Below are positions 17,417 to 24,023 of a stretch of DNA of 24,023 bases, in pieces. The translations under genes were made by a program, and so were the position numbers. This DNA is from a virus (Duplodnaviria > Caudoviricetes). Location of the stretch: the IMG/VR virus record IMGVR_UViG_3300037755_001341, positions 1 through 24,023 of that record; one strand, given 5' to 3'. The stretch's first letter is position 1, and every line of letters starts with the position of its first letter. The notes beneath the pieces are model-generated. The model made no database searches. It saw only the letters and a program-made list of their open reading frames with translations, and was not told where the DNA came from.

Positions 17417-17450
17417 GGGCGGGCTCCTTCGGGGGCCCGCCCTTTCTTTC
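17417..17450 (+). terminator. Intrinsic terminator after capsid and decoration genes
   Basis: Stem gggcgggctcc / ggggcccgccc, UUCG loop, then tttctttc. Confidence 0.85.
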
Positions 17451-17469
17451 CCAATAACAAGGAGATTCT

Positions 17470-18309
17470 ATGCGGCGGATCGCACTCGTCGGGACGGCCA
17501 GCTCCGGCGCACAGGCGCCATTTTCCGACAGCCGGTGGGAAGTGTGGGGAGTCTCGATGCGAGCCTCCTACGTCACCCGCGCCGACGTTTGGTTCGAGCT
17601 GCACAGAATTTCAGGGGAACCGCCGGACTGGGCAGCCAACTGGCGCAAGACCATGAAGGCCTTCACGCACGACATTCCCGAAGTGCTGATGATGTACCCG
17701 GAGCCGGACCTGGCGCCGAAGGTGACGCAATATCCCTACGAGCACATCACGCGGCGTTTCGGCACCTACTTCATGACGTCGACCTTCGCCTGGATGATGG
17801 CAAAGGCGCTGGACGAGCTGCGGCCCGAGGGCGGCGAGCCGGTGCCGGGCGAGATCGCCGTCTACGGCGTCGATATGGAATATGGGAGTGAGTACAAAAG
17901 TCAACGTGTTGGTTTTAGGCACTTTTTCGAGGTGGCGCGCATCATGGGCGTTCCCGTGACGCGGCTGGCGGACAGTGGCCTGGCCTACGAGCCGATACCC
18001 TATCCGATGTGGCAGGACGACCCGCTGCTGGCGAAGCTGACGCTCCGCAGCAAGCAGACGCGCGACAACCTCGCGAAGTTCGAGAAGTCGCAGCACCTCA
18101 TCACGCGCATGATCGCGCAGGACCGGGCGCTGCTCGCCGAATTCGACGCCATGGCCAAGCCCGGCTACGACCCGGCCGTGCGCCGCGCCGCGCTCGAAAA
18201 GGAGCTTGCCGGCCTCGTCGAGACCAGCGCGGGCCTCTCCAAGGACATCGTCTATTCGCAGGCGGCCGACGACGAGCAGCGTTGGATGACCGACTATCTT
18301 AGTCCTTGA
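17470..18309 (+). CDS. Uncharacterised protein; candidate sialyltransferase/Maf-like (GT42/GT29/MptE-like fold) transferase, 279 aa
   Basis: AAGGAG RBS; IALVGTASS...EVWGV, TSTFAWMM..AL and EIAVYGVDM parallel the GNGPS...IYL.G.D layout of these families; C-terminal coiled-coil-like tail; function is inference. Confidence 0.5.
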   Translation: MRRIALVGTASSGAQAPFSDSRWEVWGVSMRASYVTRADVWFELHRISGEPPDWAANWRKTMKAFTHDIPEVLMMYPEPDLAPKVTQYPYEHITRRFGTYFMTSTFAWMMAKALDELRPEGGEPVPGEIAVYGVDMEYGSEYKSQRVGFRHFFEVARIMGVPVTRLADSGLAYEPIPYPMWQDDPLLAKLTLRSKQTRDNLAKFEKSQHLITRMIAQDRALLAEFDAMAKPGYDPAVRRAALEKELAGLVETSAGLSKDIVYSQAADDEQRWMTDYLSP

Positions 18310-18310
18310 A

Positions 18311-19159
18311 ATGCAAAGCATATTATTGAGCGGCGGCACCGGAACATTCGGAAGGGCCTTCGCCCGCCATGTGCTGGTCAACGGCTTCACCGACCGGCTC
18401 TGCGTTTTCAGCCGTGGGGAGCATGCGCAGGCAGACTTGCGCGCCGAGCTTGGCAACGACGAGCGCTTGCGTTTTTTTATCGGCGACGTCCGCGATAGAG
18501 ACCGCCTGCGCCGCGCCATGGAGGGCTGCGCGCTCGTCGTGCACGCCGCGGCGCTGAAGCGCATCGAAGTGTGCGAATACTGCCCGGCCGAAGTCGTCAA
18601 GACCAACGTCGACGGCGCGGTAAACGTCATCGAGGCGGCAACCGATGCCGGGGTGAGCCGGGTCGTGGCGCTGTCAACCGACAAAGCGGATAGCCCCCGG
18701 AACGCCTACGGCGCCAGCAAGCTGCTCGCCGAAAAGCTGTTCCTCGCCGCCAACGCCGGCCGGGGCGCGAGTGGGCCGCTCTTCGCCGTGACGCGCTACG
18801 GCAACATCGCCGGCTCGGCTGGTTCCGTGATCCCGAAATGGCGGGCCATGATCGCGGCCGGCGCCAAGACGGTGCCCGTGACTGATCCTGACGCAACCAG
18901 GTATTGGATGAAAATTGAAGAGGCCGTTGACCTCGTGCTGCAGACGGCGGCGAGCATGCGGGGCGGCGAGCTTGCTATCCCGGACTGGCTGCCGGCCTAC
19001 CGGCTCGGCGACCTCGCTGAAGCCATGGGCGTCAAGATGCAGGTCATCGGCCTGCCACCGTTCGAGAAGCGGCACGAGTCCATGCGGGAAGGGCTGACGA
19101 GCGACACGGCGCCGCGGCTGTCCGTCGACGAGTTGCGGGAAAAGCTGAACGTACTCTGA
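18311..19159 (+). CDS. pseB: UDP-N-acetylglucosamine 4,6-dehydratase (PseB/FlaA1-like)
   Basis: SGGTGTFG, RFFIGDVRD, HAAALKRI, LSTDKA, YGASK, RYGNIAGSAGSVIP, VTDPDATRYW. Confidence 0.9.
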   Translation: MQSILLSGGTGTFGRAFARHVLVNGFTDRLCVFSRGEHAQADLRAELGNDERLRFFIGDVRDRDRLRRAMEGCALVVHAAALKRIEVCEYCPAEVVKTNVDGAVNVIEAATDAGVSRVVALSTDKADSPRNAYGASKLLAEKLFLAANAGRGASGPLFAVTRYGNIAGSAGSVIPKWRAMIAAGAKTVPVTDPDATRYWMKIEEAVDLVLQTAASMRGGELAIPDWLPAYRLGDLAEAMGVKMQVIGLPPFEKRHESMREGLTSDTAPRLSVDELREKLNVL

Positions 19160-19172
19160 GAGAGGTGTTTTG

Positions 19173-19472
19173 ATGTTCGATACCAAGAAATTAGGCCTGC
19201 GGCTGAAATTCATCGGCAAGGGATATGACGACGGTTACCAAGAAGCCACGCGGAGCATTTCCGAAGCCCTGGCCTCGGATGCTGAAAAGAGCGTCGAAGG
19301 CAATTACGTAAGCCCTGAAGCGGCTTGGCTGCACGAGAATTTGCCGCCGCCGGCCGATGCGTCAGCGTCTTATCGAGCCGGGTGGAGAATGGCTGTCGGC
19401 GATGAAATGGTCCGCCTCATCGACCGGGCACATCTGTACGCAAACGCGGACCAGCCGGCGCCCTGCCGTTGA
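19173..19472 (+). CDS. Hypothetical protein, 99 aa, inside the glycan operon
   Basis: GAGAGG RBS before ATG 19173; stop overlaps next start (TTGA); no recognisable motif. Confidence 0.6.
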   Translation: MFDTKKLGLRLKFIGKGYDDGYQEATRSISEALASDAEKSVEGNYVSPEAAWLHENLPPPADASASYRAGWRMAVGDEMVRLIDRAHLYANADQPAPCR

Positions 19473-20065
19473 GCAACCCCTATCAGGTCGTTCGCGACTT
19501 CGAGGCGGCGATCGCTGACTATTGCGGCTCTCCGTTCGCCGTGACGGTCAATTCCTGCACCGCAGCCCTGCTGCTGGCCTGCGCCTGGCACCGCGTCGAG
19601 ACGGTCGAGATCCCGAAGCGGACCTATGTCTCGGTACCGCAGTCCATCATCCACGCCGGCGGGCGGGTGACGTTCCGTGACGAGGCGTGGTCCGGCGCGT
19701 ATCAGTTGAAGCCGTATGCCATTTTCGATGCTGCCCGGCGCTTCTCGTCCGGCATGTACAAGGCGCTCGGCGGCATGGTCTGCGTGTCATTCCATGCGTC
19801 GAAGACGTTGGGTATCGAGCAGGGCGGCGCCGTGCTTCTCGACGATCCGCAGGCGGATGCCTGGCTGCGCCGCGCGCGCTTCGACGCCCGCACCGAGGGC
19901 GTGCCGCCAAGCGAGGACACCTTCGACTTCGTGGGTTGGCATTTCTACATGAGCCCGTCGGTGGCGGCGCAGGGTCTGCTCAAGCTCCATTCGCTGCCGC
20001 GGCACAACGCCGACTTGCCGAACGACCCGTATCCCGATCTCTCTCTCATTGAGGCCTTCCGATGA
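19469..20065 (+). CDS. Short DegT/DnrJ-family PLP sugar aminotransferase (PseC-like), 198 aa
   Basis: FEAAIADYCG..FAVTVNSCTAAL.LA, FDAA, SFHASKTL (PLP lysine), EQGGAV. Confidence 0.85.
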   Translation: MSNPYQVVRDFEAAIADYCGSPFAVTVNSCTAALLLACAWHRVETVEIPKRTYVSVPQSIIHAGGRVTFRDEAWSGAYQLKPYAIFDAARRFSSGMYKALGGMVCVSFHASKTLGIEQGGAVLLDDPQADAWLRRARFDARTEGVPPSEDTFDFVGWHFYMSPSVAAQGLLKLHSLPRHNADLPNDPYPDLSLIEAFR

Positions 20066-21132
20066 AGCGCTGCACGCGCTGTCTCTATCCGACGACAAAG
20101 CCGGACCTGTGGTTTGACGAGCACGGCGTCTGCTCCGCCTGCCGCGCCTACGAGAAGCGCGCCACGATCGACTGGCCGGCGCGGCAGCGCGACCTGGAGG
20201 CCATCCTCGAAACCGGCCGGAACGGCAGCGGCTACGACTGCATCATCCCGTCGAGCGGCGGCAAGGACTCACACTATCAGGTGCTCAAACTCATCGCGCT
20301 TGGCGCGCGGCCGCTCGTCGCCACGGCGACGACCTGCCACCTCACGCCGGTCGGCCGGACCAACATTGACAACCTCGCGCGCCACGCCACGACGATCGAA
20401 GTGACGGCCAACCGGACGGTTCGGGCCAAGCTGAACCGGCTTGGGCTGACGCTGGTCGGCGATATCTCTTGGCCGGAGCATGTTGCTATCCACCGCGTGC
20501 CGTTCCGCGTCGCCTGCGACCTCGGCATCCCGCTGGTCTTTTATGGCGAGTGCCCGCAAGAAAGTTACGGCGGCCCGCCCGGCACGGAAGAAACCCGCGA
20601 GATGACGCAGCGCTGGGTCTCGGAATTCGGCGGCTTCCTGGGACTTCGGCCGGCCGACATGATCGGCATGGACGGCATCACCGAGGCCGACATGCTGGAC
20701 TACGCCGCGCCGGACCCGGACGCCGTGGCGCGGCTCGGGATGCGGGCCTACTTCCTCGGACAGTTCTCCGAATGGGATTCGCGGCGCAATGCCGACATCG
20801 CCGCGGTTGCCGGAATGACGCAGACCCTGCCGAGCCGGGCCAATTGGTGGAATTTCGAAAACCTCGACAACGCGCAGACGGGCCTTCACGATCATTTTGC
20901 CTTCCTCAAATTCGGCTTCGGCCGCGCTTGCGCGCAGGTGTCTGTGGATATCCGCGCCGGCCGGCTGACGCGGGAAGAAGGGCTTGCCATTGTCGAGGAA
21001 CGGGACGGGCTCTTTCCCGAGATCTATGCCGGCGTGCCGGTCGAGGCCATGCTCGAGCGCATCGGCATGACGCGGGCCGACATGGACGCTGTCATCGCCC
21101 GCTTCGCCGCCCGGCCCGCGCGCGCTGCCTGA
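20062..21132 (+). CDS. N-acetyl sugar amidotransferase (PseA/WbuX-like)
   Basis: CxxC...GVCSAC N-terminus, YDCIIPSSGGKDS PP-loop, HDHFAFLKFGFGRA, DIRAGRLTREEG. Confidence 0.92.
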   Translation: MKRCTRCLYPTTKPDLWFDEHGVCSACRAYEKRATIDWPARQRDLEAILETGRNGSGYDCIIPSSGGKDSHYQVLKLIALGARPLVATATTCHLTPVGRTNIDNLARHATTIEVTANRTVRAKLNRLGLTLVGDISWPEHVAIHRVPFRVACDLGIPLVFYGECPQESYGGPPGTEETREMTQRWVSEFGGFLGLRPADMIGMDGITEADMLDYAAPDPDAVARLGMRAYFLGQFSEWDSRRNADIAAVAGMTQTLPSRANWWNFENLDNAQTGLHDHFAFLKFGFGRACAQVSVDIRAGRLTREEGLAIVEERDGLFPEIYAGVPVEAMLERIGMTRADMDAVIARFAARPARAA

Positions 21133-21872
21133 TGCTCAAGCGCCGCGTCATCCCGACCCTGCTGCTCAAGGGCGCCGGGCTGGTCAAGGGAACGGGCTTC
21201 GATTCCTGGCGCACCGTCGGCTCGGTGCAGCAGGCTGTGCGCGTGTTTGAGGCGCGCATGGTCGACGAGCTGATCCTGCTCGACATCGGCGCCACGCCTG
21301 AAGGCCGCGGGCCGGACATCGCAGCCATCGCGGACGCGACGGAAGCCTGCTTCATGCCGCTGACGGCCGGCGGGGGCGTGCGGAGCGTCGAAGACTTCCG
21401 GGCGCTGCTTCTGGCCGGCGCCGACAAGGTGGCGATCTGCACCGCGGCGCTGGAACGCCCGGCGCTGATCGCCGAAGCATCGCGGAAGTTCGGGGCGCAG
21501 TGCGTCGTGGTCGCCATCGACGTCCGCCACGGCCGCGTTGCGGCGCGCTGCGGCGAGGCCGATACCGGGCTCGATCCGGTCGCCTGGGCACGGGAGGCCG
21601 AACGGCTCGGGGCCGGCGAGATACTGCTGTCCTCGGTCGAGCGCGACGGCACGATGCAAGGATACGATCTCGAGCTGATCCGTTCGGTCGCGCGCGCCGT
21701 GCGCATCCCGGTCGTCGCATCGGGCGGGGCGGGGTGTCCCGCGGACTTCGAAGCGGCTTTTTCGGTCGGCGCCGACGCGGTCGCCGCGGGCGCGGTCTGG
21801 CAGTTCAGCGACCTCACGCCTATGATGGCGAAGCACCATCTGGCCGGCTGCGGCATCCCGGTGCGGCTGTGA
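21132..21872 (+). CDS. hisF: HisF paralog (imidazole glycerol phosphate synthase cyclase-like, WbuZ-type, glycan amidation associated)
   Basis: MLKRRVIPTLLLK...LVKG, DELILLDI, CFMPLTAGGGVRS, GADKV, GAGEILL.SVERDGT..GYD, VVASGGAG; TGATG overlap. Confidence 0.92.
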   Translation: MLKRRVIPTLLLKGAGLVKGTGFDSWRTVGSVQQAVRVFEARMVDELILLDIGATPEGRGPDIAAIADATEACFMPLTAGGGVRSVEDFRALLLAGADKVAICTAALERPALIAEASRKFGAQCVVVAIDVRHGRVAARCGEADTGLDPVAWAREAERLGAGEILLSSVERDGTMQGYDLELIRSVARAVRIPVVASGGAGCPADFEAAFSVGADAVAAGAVWQFSDLTPMMAKHHLAGCGIPVRL

Positions 21873-22486
21873 CGGCCGTCTGCATCGTCCAGGCGCGCAT
21901 TGGGAGCACGCGGCTGCCCGGCAAGGTGATGCTGCCGCTGGCCGGGGAGCCGGTCATACACCGCGTCCTGCGGCGGTGCGGCATGATCTGGGATATCGAT
22001 CAAGTCGTCTGCGCCGTGCCGGACGAGGCGCGGAGCGCGCCGATCGCCGCCGAAGCCGCTTCGCTGGGCATCCCGGTGGTCTACGGCAGCGAGACGGACG
22101 TGCTGGCGCGCTACCATCAGGCGGCGGTCGAGCACCGCGCCGACGTCGTCCTGCGGGTCACGGCGGACTGCCCGATGATCGATCCCGCCGTTTGCGCGCT
22201 CGTGCTCGGCCCGGTGCTGGCCGGCGCCGCGGACTACGCATCGAATGTCCTGCCGCGGACCTGGCCCAAGGGGCTGGACTGCGAGGCGTTCACCTTCGCC
22301 GCGCTCGACCGGGCGCACCGCGAGGCGACGGACGCCTACGACCGCGAGCACGTGACGCCTTGGCTCCAGCGCGCCTGCGGCATACGGCGCGTCAACATCG
22401 ACGGGCCGGGCAAGGGCGATGTCTCGCTGACGCTGGACACGCCCGAGGACTACGCGCGGCTGGCATTCTTGACGAGGGCGGCATGA
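21869..22486 (+). CDS. spsF: SpsF/PseF-like cytidylyltransferase (CMP-nonulosonate synthetase family)
   Basis: IVQARIGSTRLPGKV, GSETDVLARY, RVTADCP.IDP, P.GLDCE, REHVTP, LTLDTPEDY; GTGA overlap. Confidence 0.9.
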   Translation: MTAVCIVQARIGSTRLPGKVMLPLAGEPVIHRVLRRCGMIWDIDQVVCAVPDEARSAPIAAEAASLGIPVVYGSETDVLARYHQAAVEHRADVVLRVTADCPMIDPAVCALVLGPVLAGAADYASNVLPRTWPKGLDCEAFTFAALDRAHREATDAYDREHVTPWLQRACGIRRVNIDGPGKGDVSLTLDTPEDYARLAFLTRAA

Positions 22487-23058
22487 GCACGGCGGACCTG
22501 TGGGCCGGAGACTTCGGCAACGCCTATCTCGAGCGGAACCGGGTCGACTGGCGGCTGCGGCTGCCGTTCTGGCGCTCGATCCTGAGCCTGACGGGCGCGC
22601 ATTCCATCCTCGAGGTCGGCTGCAATGCCGGCTGGAACCTGCGGGCGCTGCGGTCGGCCGGCTCCGGGCTCGACCTGCACGGCATCGACCTGAACGAGGC
22701 GGCGCTAGCGGAAGCGCGCGAGGCAGGACTGGCGGTCGATCTGGGCAACGCCGCCGACCTGGCCTATCGCGAGCGGTTCGACCTGACATTCACGGCCGGC
22801 GTCCTGATCCATGTGCCGCCGGAAGAGATCGCGCGGGCCATGGCGGCGGTCGTCGCGGCGAGCCGGGCCTACGTCCTGGCCGTCGAATACGCCGCCGATA
22901 CGGAAGAGCCGGTGCTCTACCGCGGCCACGACAGCGCCCTATGGCGCCGGCCGTTCGGCAAGCTCTACGAGAACATGGGGCTCTGCCTCGTGAAGCAGGG
23001 CCAGCTCAGCAAGGATGCCGGGTTCGACAATTGCGACTGGTGGCTGTTCTGCAAATGA
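22483..23058 (+). CDS. Pseudaminic acid biosynthesis-associated methylase
   Basis: W.GDFGNAY..RN, ILEVGCN.G.NL, FTAGVLIH, YRGH..ALW.R.F, WWLF.K; ATGA overlap. Confidence 0.88.
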   Translation: MSTADLWAGDFGNAYLERNRVDWRLRLPFWRSILSLTGAHSILEVGCNAGWNLRALRSAGSGLDLHGIDLNEAALAEAREAGLAVDLGNAADLAYRERFDLTFTAGVLIHVPPEEIARAMAAVVAASRAYVLAVEYAADTEEPVLYRGHDSALWRRPFGKLYENMGLCLVKQGQLSKDAGFDNCDWWLFCK

Positions 23059-23462
23059 AGCTGATCGATGTCTACAAGGCTCCTGACGCTGCGGAATTCC
23101 TCTATACGCTGCTGGAAGAGCGGACACCGGAGCAAAGCATCAGCCATCGGAAAATGCCGCCATGGCGCGGCCATGTCCGGTTCTTCAAGTCGAGACCCTA
23201 TCGGGCTTGGTATCTCATCAAGACCAGGGGCGAATTCGTCGGCGCGGTCTATCTGAGTCGCGCGGATGAGATCGGGATCTTCGTCTTGCGGAAATTTCAA
23301 GGCTCCGGCCTTGGGCCGAAAGCGGTCCACGCCCTGATGAAGGCACACCCGCGACGGCGCTATCTGGCAAACGTCAACCCGGCGAACAAGGCCTCCGACG
23401 GGATGTTCCGGCGGCTTGGCTTCTCGCACCTGCAAACCACCTACGAGCTGCGCCATGCTTGA
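23055..23462 (+). CDS. GNAT N-acetyltransferase (PseH-like position in pathway)
   Basis: FLY.LL.ER...ISH..MP, EIGIFV...FQG.GLG (acetyl-CoA loop), ANVNP.N.AS..MF.RLGF; ATGA overlap. Confidence 0.85.
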   Translation: MKLIDVYKAPDAAEFLYTLLEERTPEQSISHRKMPPWRGHVRFFKSRPYRAWYLIKTRGEFVGAVYLSRADEIGIFVLRKFQGSGLGPKAVHALMKAHPRRRYLANVNPANKASDGMFRRLGFSHLQTTYELRHA

Positions 23463-24023
23463 TCTGTCGACCCGCGACCGCGTTTTCCTCATCGCCGAAT
23501 CTGGTACCTGCCATGCCGATCCGGAGCCGGCCCGCCGCTTCGAAAGGGCCATGGATTACGTCTTGGCTGCCAAGCGCTGCGGTGCCGATGCGGTAAAATT
23601 CCAGATGTTCGATAACCCCTGCAGGACAATGATGTTCTGCTGGATTGACGGCGACGAGCGGCGTGCGCATCGATGGCGAGCATCCGTGATGGACTTGGGT
23701 GCGTGGGCGCAGGTCAAGCAATATGCCGAAGCCTGCGGCATGGTTTTTCTTGCCAGCGTATTCGAACACCATGTGGTTCCCTGGCTCAGCGAACTCGGCG
23801 TCGCCGCCAGCAAGGTCGCGTCCCGCGCGGCCGCCTCCTTCCCCTATCATGCCGCGCCGAAGCCCTTCCTCGTCTCCGACGGCATGCATCCGGTTCCGAG
23901 CATCGACGGCGCCATCGGGCTCGAATGCGAGGCCAACTATCCATCGACCGCGCGGTGGAAGAACAGGCTTCCGGGCTTCTCGGACCATTCCGGCAACCCG
24001 TGGCGCGCCGTCGACGCCATCGC
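23455..24023 (+). CDS. neuB: NeuB/PseI-family nonulosonic acid synthase, 3' truncated by the window (absent from the ORF track)
   Basis: ATG 23455; VFLIAESGTCH, AKRCGADAVKFQ, FLASVF, KVAS, C..NYP, GFSDHS; frame open to the window end. Confidence 0.88.
   Translation, partial: MLDLSTRDRVFLIAESGTCHADPEPARRFERAMDYVLAAKRCGADAVKFQMFDNPCRTMMFCWIDGDERRAHRWRASVMDLGAWAQVKQYAEACGMVFLASVFEHHVVPWLSELGVAASKVASRAAASFPYHAAPKPFLVSDGMHPVPSIDGAIGLECEANYPSTARWKNRLPGFSDHSGNPWRAVDAI

Larger units (their letters stand above)
1..24023 (+). mobile_element. Phage or prophage segment (podovirus-like head module plus accessory structural and glycan genes)
   Basis: Portal, scaffold and major capsid genes in canonical order; dense co-oriented overlapping genes; no boundaries or integrase in the window. 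Confidence 0.93.

Noticed and set aside
21132-21872. Histidine biosynthesis operon
   Set aside because: No other his genes; the context is glycan amidation
20469-23054. Long N-terminal extensions listed for HisF, SpsF-like, methylase and GNAT ORFs (apparent fusions)
   Set aside because: Each family motif starts at a codon overlapping the previous stop; the extensions are out-of-frame read-through of neighbours

Overview
High-GC phage or prophage DNA of the podovirus type (BPP-1/T7-like head genes), almost entirely on the + strand. No integrase, att site or host gene is visible, so free phage versus prophage cannot be decided. Three blocks. (1) 112-11448: large Thr/Gly/Ala-rich virion appendage-like proteins, including a tandemly duplicated Ig-like protein, a GH9-like glycoside hydrolase with an inserted phage domain and a probable beta-helix protein, interrupted by an antisense SAM methyltransferase and a small antisense hydrophobic ORF. 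(2) 11460-17450: head module with portal, an HslV/proteasome-beta-like protein, a Bbp19-like protein, scaffold, a structured leader, major capsid protein and a decoration-like protein. (3) 17470-end: a tightly coupled nonulosonic-acid (pseudaminic-acid-like) operon directly after the capsid genes: candidate transferase, PseB, short PseC-like aminotransferase, N-acetyl-sugar amidotransferase, HisF paralog, SpsF/PseF-like cytidylyltransferase, Pse-associated methylase, GNAT and NeuB/PseI synthase. The leading hypothesis is a phage system that makes a modified sialic-acid-like sugar and attaches it to its own virion. All family calls come from motif recognition by eye; no database search was run.
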